Source of the DNA: Scyliorhinus canicula
Taxonomy: Eukaryota
Assembly: GCF_902713615.1 (NCBI RefSeq)
Contig: NC_052162.1
Coordinates: forward strand, 108,217,811 to 108,281,810
Length of the DNA stretch: 64,000 bases
Direction: 5' to 3'
A model generated the notes under the pieces. That model was not told the DNA's origin. It worked only from the letters and a program-made list of their open reading frames with translations, and searched no databases. Of the stretch, positions 10,030-23,962 are shown piece after piece. Position 1 is the first letter of the stretch; each line of letters begins with the position of its first letter. The translations under genes and the position numbers were made by a program.

Positions 10030-13000
10030 TAAATAATCACAACCTCATGCATTAGCCCAACCGTTCGATATCAATCTTAGACGAATCCCACCGCCACGCT
10101 CTCTCTCCATAGATGTGTATCGATGGCAAACCACTTGCGTAGTCCCGTTTCCCTCCTCTAAGGTGGCTGTGGGTCCCATTTGGACGGTCTGCCTCAGATG
10201 CCATGTGTTTCCCGACGCATTGCTCCTCCTTCTGGTTCCACATTTTCCCCTTGCCCTGTGCCGGGCGGTTGTGTTTCGGTCCTGAGGTCTTTTCTTTCTT
10301 GGACGTTTGACTCCCGCCCCCCCCCCCCCCTCCCCACCCCTCCCACACCAGCCCCTTTCCCTTCTCCGCTCCATTATATTTACTTTACAATCTAAGGCTC
10401 GTCTGTGCCCCTACCTTCCCCCTCCACGCTGCTCTATTGGTTGTTGGCTACAAACAACTCCTGGAAGAATTTAATGAATAGCTTTCATGTTTTGTGGAAA
10501 CCCTATTCTGATCCTCGGATAGCGAATTTAGTTTTCTCCATTTAGAGATATTCCGATACTCGGACAGTCAGTCTGCCACTTTGCGTGGTGCAGTTGATCG
10601 CTAACTGAGCAGGATTCATCGGCGGGCGATTAGGAAGGCAAAGAGTATGGCGTTTCCTCCCTCCCCATAAGGAGTTCTGGTTGGTCTGATACCGCGAAGA
10701 CTGCTACTTTTGGCCTTGACTCCACCCTCACTCCCACACCCTTGGACCTTGCCTCAAAGAAGGTTGCCCAGAACCCGAAAAATCTGGGCATGCCAGGCAT
10801 GTGTGTATGGTTCACTTGACATCCTTGGGACCGTTCCCATTTATCCTCCACCTAAGGGAAGAACCTATTCATTCGGATTCTGTTTAGGTGCGCTCTTTGA
10901 ATCACTTTCAACTGCATTCGGCTCAGCTTTGCACATGTGGGGGTAGAGTTTGCCCTGTTCAGTGCTTTGCTCCAGAATACCGACCCTATTTCCATCCCTA
11001 GTTTTCCTCCCCTTTTCCCCCTCTCTCGCCCAGCGGGAACATGCCTCCTCTAATCGTAAGCCGTACAGATCCCCACAGTTCCCCGTCCCTACGTCGCCTA
11101 CGTCCAACAGTTCCTCTATCAATAAGTGTCCCAGCTTCCATGGGTATAATGCGGTTTCTATATGGAGGCAGTGTTCGATTTGAAAATGTCGGTTTTCGTT
11201 CCCTTTGGGCAGTTGAAACCTCGCAATCAGCTCCTCCAGTGTGGCAAGTCTCTCCTCTAAGTAGAAACCCCGAACTGTCAGTGTCCCCCCGTCCTGTCTC
11301 CACCTTTTAATGATGGTATCCATTCTGGATGGCGGGATCCTGGGATTGTTGCAGATGGGGGCTTTGGTGGACATTTTGGTCACGCCGAGATGTCGTCTTA
11401 CCTAGTTTCAATGCCTCAGCCTGTCTATTACCTCCGGGCTGGCAGAGTGTATGGCTGGAAGGGATGGGAGTGTTGCTGTTGCAATTGGCCAGAGATACGT
11501 CCATGAGCAGGAGTTCTCTTCCATCATTACCCATTCTGTTTCTAGTTCCCTTACCCATCTCCTCATTTTCTTCTGTTGTGGCTGCCAAGTGGTAGTATTC
11601 CAGGTTTGGGAGGGTCAGGCCTCCCATCCTTCCTTTTCTTGGCATGACATTCTTGCGGATCGTTGGATTCTTCCTCCCTTCCACCTGCCACACATAAATG
11701 GCTCAATAATTTTGTCTAAAGCAGACGGCATGGATTTTAACAAAAAGAGGAACGTCGGCAATAGGCTCTTCTTGCTCGTCTGCACCCTTCCCGGGAGGGA
11801 GAGTGGGAGCTTGTCACACATCTGCAGCTCCCTCTTTACCTTCTCCACACTATTTGTCAGGTTACATTTGTGGATCCGCGTCCAGCTGTTGGCAATTTAG
11901 ATGTCCAAGTAATAAGAATTGTTTTGGAATTTTTTAATAGCAGTCCCTCCAGCTCTACACCTCTCACTTGCGCGGTCACTGGAAAGATTTGTGTTTACAG
12001 CCCGAGCAGGCTACAAACGCTTTCAAGAGAATTATGACACCCTCCATGTTGCGTTAAGGTTCGAGACCTAGAGCTGCATGTCATCTGCAGAGTTCTGATG
12101 GCGATGGCCAGAGGCTCAGTTGCCATTGTGAATAGAAGCTGGGACAGCAGGCATCACTTCCGTTTGCCCTCTGCTGCTGGTAGTATTTAGAGCTGGTGGT
12201 GTCCATGTGCACACTCACTATTGAAGTGCTGAACATAAGTTTCACCCAGGCGGTGAACCCTGTTGCTCTACCCATATGAAGTACTTTCACTCGACTCTGT
12301 TGAAGGCATTTTATGTGTACAGGGAGATGATCATATCTGGTATTCTCTCCCCAGATATCAGAATTATCACGTTCAGCAGATGTCTGATGTTCGATGTTAT
12401 GTGCCTAACCTTAACAAATCCCGCCGGCCTTGTGCAACTACTTCTTGCATGCAGTTCTCCTGTCAATGTCTGGTTCGGTTAGTCGGTGAGTGTCTGTATC
12501 GGGGATGTCCACCTTGGTCTTCTTCATAAACTCGATGTTGCCCACTTGGGAGCAGACACGTTAACCAGTACCACTGGTGTAGCATCCGGGACATCACAGT
12601 CTGTGATATACCATTCCCCCGGGTCCATAGCCCTCATCGCTGTGAACACCGTCCTCTTGTTCAGCAGAATGGCTACCCCCTGGCACTCGACCCGTAACAA
12701 GAGTGGCACACCAGTACCACGCAGCCCTTCCATACCCGCAGTCGATCCTTCTCCCACAGGTGTGTCTCTTTGAGGAAGATTGTGTCGGATTTCATAATTT
12801 TCAAGTGAACGAAGACTCTGGCTCTTTCCATTTGGTCCTTCACTCACCTTACCAGCTGGCTGTTCTGATTGGGGTGGGGGTGGGGGTTATATTCCCATCC
12901 AGCGAGACCAACAGTACATAACTTATGGATGTGCCCCTGCACTCCATGCTTTCTCTTTTTTAGGGGTGCACACAAAATGGCCACGGTCACTGTACTCAAC

Positions 13001-13270
13001 ACGAGGCCAGGCCCCTACGCTCTGGCGTTTCACTTTGTCCAGAGGCCACCCAGCATGGCCGCCAACAACGTACGCCATGTGGCTGACCCCCTGCACCTCG
13101 GGCTTTCCCTTTTTTTTGGGAAGGGGTGCAAATAGAATGTGCTGCTTTTTCCTTGATTGTGTCGAGCTTCTTGAGTGTTACTGGAGCTACACTCCTCCAG
13201 GGAAGTGGAGAATATTCCAGCACGCTTCCGACGTGAACCTTGAAGAACCTCAACCTAAGTGGTTGCATGA
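10030..13270 (-). mobile_element. L1/Tx1-like LINE, internally deleted (ORF1 end, APE endonuclease, partial RT, C-terminus, G-rich 3'UTR)
   Basis: Peptides DTIFLKETHL, GVAILLNKR, LVNVSAPKW (EN); GFVKVRHITSNIKHLLNVI, LLFTMATEPLAIAIR (RT); GGLTLPNLEYYHLAA; many stops and frameshifts. Confidence 0.85.
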
Positions 13271-15140
13271 TGAATATTCGAAAGTATGATCAGGCAAATA
13301 AAAGACAGAACGTGCAGTTGGATCTTGGCAATATGAGGAGGAATAATTTTAGTTAGCATAAATCGCTGCCTCCCCCACAGTACCAAATTAATTCATCACT
13401 TTGGATTCCCAGCCATGCTGGTTAAGGCGGAAAGTATTTGAATAACATTTTTTCTCTCCAATGTTTCAAACCAGGCGTTGGTTAAACAAAGGAAATGGCT
13501 GATATGATGTTTTAAAGGCCTAGAGTTTAGGATGTCAAAGGAAGGAAATTAAAATGTATCTGGCGTCCCAACGAAAAATGATTTCAATCATCTGAATAAA
13601 TTGTCTTCTTGCATTGGAGAGCGAAATTATTTCACACAGGGACGTGAATCCTTGAAGTTCAATTTTGGCATTGTGCAATTATAAATTGCCAATTGTAAAG
13701 TCTTGGATATCGTCTGTACCACAGAGTCGAGATAAACTGAATAAAATTAAATCAGGTTGGGAGATGCTGGTTTCCAAATAAAACTCAAATTGATTTGTTT
13801 AGTTGTTTCAAATTGGAGGGAAATGGTAATCGATGTTTTATATGCCGTGCCTGATCTTCGATTCTGCTCAATGCCCATGGTTTGCATCAAGACCATGAAG
13901 TGCAGACAGAAATCGGACTAATTGGGTTCAATATGACATAATGTGTCCAGAGGGTAATCGAGCGAAATATTATGAAGGTATTGAAAACTTTGGCACCTAG
14001 AAGTCTATGTGGCTTGAGGGTTTACGTGATGGGCTGATAACGGATGAAGGGGCTTTTCGCGGGCTTGGTGTCTGAGTTCTTGAATAAGTTGCAGGAGTAT
14101 CGCAGGAAGTAACTATGAATTCAAGAGTATCCAACTCTCGCTCTTACAGTTTAGTTCGGAGAAAGCACCAGGAAACGGATGCCAGCACAAGCAGCATTAA
14201 TTGACAGACGTCACGTCTGATTTCAAACGGCAGGAATGCGCTGAAGGAGCTTGCTGAATGGACTGGTGAGAATGACTTCTTAGCTTCAGAAACAAGCTGC
14301 AGACTCATGTACTTCATTCTACTGTTGCACTTGGGTGAGTGTTGCTTTGCAGTGGAGCAATTTTAGGTTTGTTTTGCCAGTTCTTGATGTTGTTAGCAGA
14401 GAAACATTCCTGGGCCTTTCCAGGTATTACAGTGTCTTGTTCTGTCAGCAGATTCTGGAAATACATCCACAGAACGTGGGGCCATAGTCAGGGAGAAGGA
14501 ATGGATATTTAAATCGAAACTGTTTTTCTGCATATTTATTTAGCTTATTACCAATCCTATGCCAAGTCCGATTAATCTAATGAAGGACAAAGCTGGAATT
14601 TTAAAATTAAATCATAGACATCAAGGGGGACGACAATCGATATCTTGTGAGAAGGCGCAGTAAAACACCGAAAATACAACTTGAAACATTCGGTTCGAAA
14701 ATTCGTTTTTTAAAGTACATATTAGCTATACGCAGCAGAGCTTAACGATACCACTTCTGTCCGTAAACCGTTTACATGTTTCTTATGTGCCCAGCCTCAG
14801 GACAAAAAACTGATGCAGCAGTGTCATAACTGACATGTTATTCAGTTGGTCTGAAGGCACAACAATTTGTGCAGAAGGAAGTGGGAGATTACCAGAGGAA
14901 AATGGCCCGCTGAATCAGTTGGTAGATGTAGCAGATGTCGTTCAATACGAAGAAGTGGGAAAGTACCAATAATTATAGGTGAAAGAAAGATATAATATTT
15001 TCTTAACTAAAATGGAAATAAAAGAAAGTGAATCACTTCAATGAAAAAACTATCGGCAGCTGCAATAAATAATCGAAAAGTAAAAATGAATTTAATCATG
15101 AATCTTGTTTATTTCCATGCACTCTGGGGTGCCTACGACA

Positions 15141-15363
15141 GAATGTAACGAAAACTTTTCTGGAAAGGTATTTAGGCTGTCTTCAGAGGCTTATAGCTTC
15201 AGTGCTGAATGCCGACATGAGGCAACCCTGGTTATGAATGTCTCCTGCTCTTACCGCTTGCAAGTGACGCATGTTTAAATGTTTGTTAAGGTTTATACTT
15301 AATCTGTCGGCCTCGTTCACAAAGCACCTTCCTTGGTCACCATCTGAATCAGAGGCAGGGACA
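15141..15363. repeat. 223-bp dispersed repeat, copy 1
   Basis: Direct, moderately diverged copy of 16450-16671 (GAATGTAACG...GAGGCAGGGACA). Confidence 0.9.
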
Positions 15364-15619
15364 CTACCGAATGCGCCACAAGATCCCCTTAGCACTCGGC
15401 TGCTGATTACCGAGAGAAAATGATGCTTTATTGCGGCGAATATTGTTCAGATTTGATCTGGATTCTTTCATGGTCGAATTTGCATTGGCCTCCGAAGTGT
15501 ACATTGCTTAAATATTTTATGTAACAGTACAAGTATCATAAACACGGTGAGAAACACATAACTGCCCCTCGAGGCCAATTAGGAATGGGCAACACTGCGA
15601 CGCCCACGTCCTCTGAATG

Positions 15620-17420
15620 AATACAAAAACACTCTAATGTTGGTGTTGCTAATGCCATTAAACAGGAAATTAGAGAACCATGTGAACATGGAACATTTGT
15701 AATTATGGGTGATTTTAATCTGCATGTCAATTGGGCAAATCAAGTTAGTCACAATACCACAAAGGATTCGTGGAGTGTTTGCGAGATTTTCTGGACCAAT
15801 ACATAGATACATAGAACAGTACAGGCCCTTCGGCCCTCGATGTTGTGCCGAGCAATGATCACTCTATTCAAACCCACGTATCCACCCTATACCCGTAACC
15901 CAACACCCCCCCCCCCCCTTAATCTTACTTACTTAAACGGATGAAGATGAATGTCCCTCATAGTCAGTAACAGGGGACTTTATAATGGGGGACAAAGAAA
16001 CAGCTGAGCAATAAATACATAGTTTGGTTCTGCCTTCACAAATGAAGATACAAATAAGATACAAGAAATGTGGAACGCAGGGTTTAGTGAGACGAAGGAA
16101 CAGTAGGAGAAATATAGCACTATTAACTTGGTGTTGCGCAAATATATGGCATTGAAAACTGATAAATCTCCAGGGCCTGGTAATCTGCATTGCAGAGTAC
16201 TTAAGGAAGTGACTGAAGAGTAACGGATCCGTTGGATGTCATCTTTCAAGATTCGATGGACTCTGGAACAGAATGGGGGGGGGGCGTTAGCTAATGTAAC
16301 CCCACGATTGAAAAAGGCGGGTAGAGAGAAAACATGGAGCACTAAGCCTGACGTCGATAGTGGGGGAAATTCTAGAAACTATAATCAAATATTTAATAGC
16401 AGAGGAATTCAAAAATAGTGGCTGCAGAACGGAGCCAGTGGATGTGATTGAATGTAACGAATACTTTCCTGGAAAGGTATTTAGGCTGTCACGAGAGGCT
16501 AAAAGCTTCAGTGCTGAAAGCCGACAGGAGGCAACCCTGGTTATGAATGTCCCCTGCTCTTACCGCTTGCAGTGACGCGTGTTGAAAGGTTTGTGAATGT
16601 TTAGACTTAATTTGTGGGCCTCGTTCTTAAAGCACCTTCCTTGGTCACCATCTGAAACAGAGGCAGGGACAGTACTTTAAGAAGGTTTTCGATAAAATCC
16701 CACATAAGAGTTTGCAAACTAAAAGCGCATGGTGTAAGGGATAGTTTATTGAGATGGATAGAAAACTGGCTAGCAGACAGGAATACAAGAGTATGAATTT
16801 AAATAGTGTGGGAAAGAATGGCTATTTGTTTTTCCAAATGGCAGGCAGTGACTAGTGGCGTACTGCGGGTATCGGTCATGGCATCACATCTATTCACAGT
16901 ATATATAAATAATTTGCAAGGGGGCACGAAATGCAATATCCCCAAATTATCAGATCACACAAGGCTGGTTGGAGTGTAAGCTGCACGGATGATCCAGAGA
17001 TAATTTGAACAAGTAGAGTGAGTGGGAAAATGCATGGCAGGTGCAGTATAATTTTAAAAATGCGAGGTTATCGACTTTGGTACCAAAATTGGAAGGCACA
17101 CTATTTCCTGAATGCCATAAAATAGGAGAGGGCAATGTGCAACAAATCCTGGGTGTCCTCGTACAATATTCGTTGAAGGTAAGCATTCAGGTTCAGCAGA
17201 CGGTAAAGAAGGCAACTGGTATGTTGGCGTTCATAGCGAGAGGATTCGAGTACAGAAGCTGAAATGTCTTGCTGCGCCTTGGTGAGGCCACAACTGGAAT
17301 ATTATGCGCAGATTTGTTTTCCTTATCTGGGGAAGGACGTTCTTGTTCTAGAGAGAGCGCAGCGATTACCACCGAAGGTATTTGATGCCAAAATATTGTA
17401 TGTTTTCAAGAAACTGTTAA
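15620..17420 (+). mobile_element. Old CR1 LINE ORF2 fragments
   Basis: EN motif MGDFNLHVNW, DKSPGP, RT segments and GMLAFIARGFEYRS. Interrupted by a SINE tail (~15803-15925) and by the 222-bp repeat. Confidence 0.8.
16450..16671. repeat. 222-bp dispersed repeat, copy 2, inserted in CR1 RT
   Basis: Splits the CR1 VDV/YLDFQKAFDKVPH-type motif: ...GTGGATGTGATT|insert|GTACTTTAAGAAGGTTTTCGATAAAATCCCAC. Confidence 0.9.
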
Positions 17421-17589
17421 ATGTAGCGAAGGACGTCAAGGAATTTGGGAAATGGTGGATTTCGGCTATTAAGTTGGATGAACAGCCAAGATCAAATCAA
17501 TGGCGGAGAATGGTCGAAGCGCACAATAGCTTCTTCCTGCCCATTTTTTGTAATGTCTCTGTTTTTATACCTCACATTTAGTGATGTTT

Positions 17590-19710
17590 AAAAATGAGTT
17601 GGGATCGAACAAAGACAAAAGAGCGAATTTATGCGTGGATCAGAGGAAATGGGTGAGATTCTTAATGAGTACTTTGCATCGGTATTCACAAAGGAGAGGG
17701 ACAAGACGCATGTTGAGGCTAGGGATGGATGTTTAAATACTCTAGGTCAAGTTGTCATACGGAAAGGAGAGGTTTTGGGTATTCTAAAATACATTAAGGT
17801 GGACAAGTCCCCAGGACCGGATGGGATCTATCCCAGGTTATAGAGGGAAGCGAGGGATGAAATAGCTGGGGCCTTAACAGACATCTTTGCAGCATCCTTG
17901 AGCACGGGTGAGGTCCCGGCGGGCTGGAGAATTGCTAATATTGTCCCTTTGTTTAAGAAGGGTAGCAGGGATTATCCAGGGAATTATAGACCTGTGAGCT
18001 TGACGTCAATGGTAGGCAAACTGTTGGAGAAGATACTGAGGGTTAGGATCTATTCACATGTGGAAGAAAATAGACTTATCAGTGATAGGCAGCATGGTTT
18101 TGTGCAGGGAAGGTCATGTCTTACAAACCTAATATAATTATTTGACGAAGTGACAAAGTTAATTGATGAGGGAAGGGCTGTAGATGTCATATACATAGAC
18201 TTTAGTAAGGCGTTTGATAAGGTTTCCCATGGCAGGTTGATGGAAAACTGAAGTCGTATGAGGTTCAGGGTGTACTGGCTAGATGGATAAAGAATTGGTT
18301 GGGCAACAGGAGACAGAGAATAGTGGTGGAAGGGAGTGTCTCAAAATGGAGAAGGGTGACTAGTGGTGTTCCACAGGGATCCGTGCTCGGACCACTGTTG
18401 TTTGTGATCTACATAAATGACCTGGAGGAAAGTATAGGTGGTCTGATTAGCAAGTTTGCAAATGATACTAAGATTGGTGGAGTTGCAGATAGCGAGGAGG
18501 ACTGTCAGAGAATGCAACAAAATATAGATAGATTGGAGATTTTGGCAGAGAAATGGCAGATGGAGTTCAATCCAGGCAAATGCCAGGTGATGCATTTTGG
18601 AAGATCAAATTGAAGAGCGGACTATATGGTCAATGGAAGGGTCTTGGGGAAAATTGATGTACAGAGAGATCTGGGAGTTCAGGTCCATTGTACCCTGAAG
18701 GTGGCAACGCAGGTTGATAGAGTGGTCAATAAGGCATACAGCATGCTTGCCTTCATCGGACGGGGTATTGAGTAGAAGAGTTGGCAGGTCATGTTACAGT
18801 TGTGTACGACTTTGGTTCGGCCACATTTGGAATACTGCATGCAGTTCTGGTCGCCACATTACCAGAAGGATGTGGATGCTTTGGAGAGGGTGCAGAGGAG
18901 GTTCACCAGGATGTTGCCTGGTATGGAGGCTGCTAGCTATGAAGAAAGGTTGAGTAGATTAGGATTGTATTCGTTGGAAAGACGGAGGTTGAGGGGGGAC
19001 CTGATTGAGGTCTACAAAATTATGGGAGGTTTGGACAGGGTGGATAGCAACAAGCTTTTTCCAAGAGTGGGGGTGTCAGCTACAAGGAGTCACGATTTTA
19101 AGGTGAGAGGGGGAACGTTTAACGGAGATGTGCGTGGAAAGTTTTTTATGTAGAGGGTGGTGGGTGCCCTGAACGCTTTACCAGTGGAGGTGGTAGAGGC
19201 GGGCACGATAGCATCATTTAAGAGGCATCTAGACAGGTATATGTACGGGCGGGAACAAAGGGAAGTTGACCTTGGAAAATAGGAGACAGGTTTACATAGA
19301 ACAGTACAGCACAGAACAGGCCCTTCGGCCCTCGATGTTGTGCCGAGCAATTATCACCCTACTCAAACCCACATACCACCCTATACCCATAACCCAACAA
19401 CCCCCCCTTAACCTTAATTTTTAGGATACTACGGGCAATTTAGCATGGCCAATCCACCTAACCCGCACATCTTTGGACTGTGGGAGGAAACCGGAGCACC
19501 CGGAGGAAATCCACGCACACACGGGGAGGACGTGCAGACTCCGCACAGACAGTGACCCAGCCGAGAACTGAACCTGGGACCCTGGAGCTGTGAAGCATTT
19601 ATGCTAACCACCATGCTACTGTGCTGCCCTGGATAAAGGATCTGGATCGACGCAGGCAGGGAGGGCCGAAGGGCCTGTTCCTGTGCTGTAATTTTCTTTG
19701 TTCTTTGTCC
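17590..19710 (+). mobile_element. CR1 LINE, 5'-truncated (RT to 3'UTR)
   Basis: KSPGPDGIYPRL, GNYRPVSLTS, GVPQGSVLGPLLF, KFANDTK, VRPHLEYC; stops present; 3'UTR resumes after the SINE at 19630. Confidence 0.95.
19295..19629 (-). mobile_element. HE1-like V-SINE inserted in CR1 3'UTR
   Basis: Full-length copy between AGGTTTA and GGATAAAGG of the CR1 tail (uninterrupted version at ~34430-34450). Confidence 0.9.
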
Positions 19711-19906
19711 TCGTAATTGCAATTTTAAAAAAATGTTTCATGTATTATAATTTATTATACTTGTTTAAACTTGGTGTTGGGAAATTTTGGAAAATGGCAG
19801 CACCATTCTATAATTATTCCAAGGGCTTTTCACACTAACTTCATTGAAGCCTATTTGTGACAATAAGCGATTCTTATTATATGATTAGGTAATTCAGTAC
19901 ATTGAT

Positions 19907-20142
19907 TTTTTTTTTTACTTTTTTTTTAAAATTTAGATTACCCAATTATTTTTTCTATTAAGGGGCAATTTAGCGTAGCCAATCCACCTACTCTGCACAT
20001 TTTTGGGTTGTGGGGGCGAAACCCACGCAGACACGGGGAGAATGTGCAAACTCCACACAGACAGTGACCCAGAGCCGGGATCGAACCTGGGACCTCAGCG
20101 CCGTGAGGCGGTTGTGCTAACCACTAGGCCACCGTGTTGCCC
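19907..20142 (-). mobile_element. V-SINE, A-rich-tail variant
   Basis: tRNA head and V-domain on the minus strand; tail TAATTGGGTAATCTAAATTTT(A)n. Confidence 0.85.
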
Positions 20143-20885
20143 TTTCAGTACATTGATGAGGTAATTCAGAACATTAATTGGGAAATATTGAGTCATGGGT
20201 TCCGCATCCAGACAATCTCGAAATATCACTCAAAATTTAATGGCTTTGTGACAATGAAAATGAGGCCATTGAGATTGCTAGCTTTTTCTTCCGTAATGGC
20301 ATCAGAACATATTGATCAAGGGCGGGTAATGGCAGGTGTGTGTCAATTAGTCATAATCCAATTGAATAGAGAACAAGGATAGAGAAACTGAATGGCTCCT
20401 CTGTTCCCATATTATTGCAATAGCAGCAATTAATCACTAGATGGCGGAAAATGTTACAGAGTAACAGTCTTGTTCATCAATAATTACCGATCACAAATTG
20501 ACATAACACATCAGCATTTGAACTGGACAATATGGTTTTACGCATCAAATCCGAACACATTCCGCTGAATTTGATTTTGCAGTCTTTTGTTCCTTAATTT
20601 TAAAACCTGAAAATTAATATGTGGTAAATTGGCGCAGGCATAATGCATTGTTGATTTTCTGGGGGTTATAAGTTTTGGGAATGGCAAGACTCTCATTGGT
20701 AAGACTGGCTGCAGGTTAATAAGTTTCGTGTATAATACACTCCAGATGCATGTTTTAACTTTGGGCCTAATTTTACACCTTGTCTGCTTTGTGGACCTTT
20801 GCTAACTCTATTAGATATTAATTTCACAATTTGCACTAATCTATTATGTGCTATTTTACTTTAAAAAGGTATTACTCCTTCCAAT

Positions 20886-21125
20886 GCGACACGGTAGCAC
20901 AGTCGTTAGCACTGTTACGTCACTGTTGCTCCAGCTTGGGTCACTGTCTGTGTGGGGTTTGCACGAGTCTGCCGGAGTCTGCGGGGGTTCCCTCCGCATG
21001 CTCCGGTTACCTCCCATAAGCCCCGAAAGACGTGCTTGTTAGGTGAATTGGGCATTCTGAATTCTCCCTAAGTGTACCCGATAGGCGCCGGAGTGTGGCA
21101 ACCAGGAGATTTTCACATTAACTGT
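20886..21125 (+). mobile_element. V-SINE variant whose tail resembles the third SINE family
   Basis: V-domain head followed by AGGCGCCGGAGTGTGGCAACCAGGAGATTTTCACATTAACT. Confidence 0.65.
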
Positions 21126-22640
21126 ATTATAGTGTCAATATAAACCTATCTGTGACAGTAATAAACATTATTTTTACTTTAGCGCTCAAAATAATGCTCC
21201 AAGGTGTTAACGAATTTGGACACAAGGAGTTTCTTTCGAGCATTGCATGCCTCAATTTCTTCAACTTTCGACATTTCACCAAAGTTACATTGGAAAGTAA
21301 GAGAAGGTCCAAACAGGTTTCATAGTCGGTTGAATTAACTAGCAATTATTAATTACTGCATATTACATTTTAAAATACCCCTTTTTGGATTGGTGTCGGG
21401 TTACCATTTGTTGTGGTGCTTTATAAAAATATTGAGATGATTAACAGATTCGAACGAGCTTTGTAGATGGCAGCTGTAGACATAAAATGGTAAAATGACC
21501 ATGTTAGCGGATGCCGTAAAACAGGAAAAGGAGGCATCATGAGAAGATGTGAAGAAATTTACAATTAATAATAGTAACTGACCTTCGCACTATAGTTCAT
21601 ATAGTCCCTTTGGCCATTTCAATGAGGTTACTGGAAAGTGTGGTAAACTACGATCACATCGATGTTTTGGTTCAACACCCTGTGAATATTGTTTCAACTA
21701 TTTTGTGAATTAATTCTTGCAATGTTGGCAACTGGATAGGCGGGGCACTGGGCTTAGTTGGGGTGCTCTTTTTGGAGGATTGGTGCAGACTCGATGGGCC
21801 GAATGGCTTCCTGGTGCACTGTCGGCTTTTTATTTCAACATTCCAAAGCGTGAGAATAATAGTGAACGAGATGGATTTTTACAACAAGCGATGATAGCAT
21901 TAGGATCATTATTACTGAGAGGACCAAAATGTACTCACTGATTTTAAAATCACTACCTGCGGCAATGGAACTTGAACAATTGCGTCGAGTGTGTTCGTGT
22001 TTTCTTCTGGGTCATGAGTGATAGTAAAACTGGACCACTGTCTCCCCTGTGCCTTTCTTCCGCAGTGAAATAATTATCAAAACATGGTCCATCATTCCAA
22101 TTTGCCAACAGGTTCCGTTAACGATTTTGAATTATTTGTTTCTTCTTTAGAGAGGTCACATTTACAATAAAATATGGCTATATTTAGTAGTTCTGTTATT
22201 TCCTAATTTCTTGGACATAAATTGCTTCGACATAATTACTGGGGCTTTGCGTTACACTTTACCAGCTGACAGCTCACCGCCACCCAACCGTTTCCGGGTG
22301 ACAGAACGGTGAGCTGTGATAACACCAGGCTGGGGAAGCAGAAAACCCTGACTTGAATGCTATTGTTTGTGGAATTCAACGGCACAGGTGGAATATATTT
22401 CTGGGGCAGTTCTTAGAATAGAATACCTAAACTGCAGAAGGAGGCCATTCGGCCCATTGACCTCCACTGACCATCTGAACAAGCAACCTACATATGTCTA
22501 TTCCACACTCTACCGCGTAACCGTAGCTAACGTGCGTATCTTTACGCACAGAGAGACAATTTTAGCATGACCAGTACATCTAACCTGCACAGCCTTGGAC
22601 AGTGGGATGAAATCGGAGCACTGGGAGGAAACCCCCACAG

Positions 22641-22822
22641 TCTGGTTTAGCAAGCTGGCCTAAATCGTTGGCTTTTAAAGCAGACCAAGGCAGGCCAGCA
22701 GCACGGTTCAATTCCCGTACCAGCCTCCCAGAACAGGAGCCGGAATGTGGCGGCAAGGGGCTTTTCACAGTAACTTCATTGAAGCCTACTCGTGACAATA
22801 AGCGATTTTCATTTTTCATTTC
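22641..22822 (+). mobile_element. Short tRNA-derived SINE, third family
   Basis: Same as 8925-9118; inserted into a decayed minus-strand V-SINE (~22420-22640). Confidence 0.85.
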
Positions 22823-23715
22823 AGTCATGGGCATACAATTCAAACTCTAACACAGACTGTCACCCAAGGTGGGAATTAAACTGGAGCGGTGATGCTGCAT
22901 TCACCCTTCGTTCTCGTGAAATTTCAAGAGCAACAGATGGAAGGCCACACCTGCGCCCTAGCCCCACCGCCTCCACCCCCCTCACCCCACCAACGTCATT
23001 TAGGATAAGGACATGCAGATTTATATCAGATTCTTGTCCATAACTGGAACAACGTTCGGATAACACCTTCCAAAAATCTTTGTGGTGCACATTCACAGTG
23101 CACATAGCATCTGTTCATTAAATTGAATTACTATCCGACGGCAGGCACGGTCACAGAGCCAGCGACACTAATTTGATTCCGGCATTTAGTGACGTCTCTG
23201 TGGAGTTTGCACTTTCTCGCCTTCTTTCGTGTTTTTTTTTTCCTGGTGCTCCCGTTCCATCGCACTGTCAGATGTGCAGGTTGTGTGCCTTTGCGGGGTT
23301 TGGCATGGCGCTGGGCGTAGGTGGGACGCTGTCTTCGGACGATCGGTACAGACTCGATGGACCGAATGGCCTCATTAACCACTGTCGGTTTTCTTTATTA
23401 TGGACACATAAATAAAAGTTACCTACAATAAATAGTGGCCCCGTCAAGATTATGGTTAGGGTGAAATATTCGAGTACAAATTTAGAGCGCACAACAATTG
23501 CGTGATGCACTGCATGGATTGATAATTGGTTGCAGCCATGAAACAGATAGTAGGAATAAATTGAGGGTTTTTAGCGTGGCCTGCAGTGGCTATTGTGGTG
23601 TCGCAGGAATCAATGCTTGGGCCCAGCTATTCACAGTATGCATCAATGATATGGGCGAAGGAACCAAATGTGATATATCCAAGTTCTTGCAGAATGTAGA
23701 GATTCAGTAGGAATG

Positions 23716-23962
23716 TAATAGAACAGTACAGCACAGAACAGGCCCTTCGGCCCTCGATGTTGTGCCGAGCAATGATCACCCTACTTAAACCCACGAACCC
23801 GTATACCCGTAACCCAACAATCCCCCCATTAACCTTACACTACGGGCAATTTAGCATGGCCAATCCACCTAACCTGCACATCTTTGGACTGTGGGAGGAA
23901 ACCGGAGCACCCGGAGGAAACCCACGCACACACGGGGAGGACGTGCAGACTCCACACAGACA
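23716..23962 (-). mobile_element. HE1-like V-SINE, 5'-truncated
   Basis: Tail and V-domain present, tRNA head missing; follows a short CR1 RT fragment (~23500-23712). Confidence 0.85.

Noticed and set aside
14306-14340. Leader-like MYFILLLHL G|GTGAGT with an upstream CRE-like GACGTCAC
   Set aside because: The nearest acceptor (~14423) yields no Ig or other recognisable domain and hits a stop after ~30 codons.
22269-22317. 11-bp perfect inverted repeat (ACAGCTCACCG/CGGTGAGCTGT) with an inner 5-bp stem
   Set aside because: Roughly one such stem is expected by chance in 64 kb, and it is too short and bulged for a pre-miRNA.
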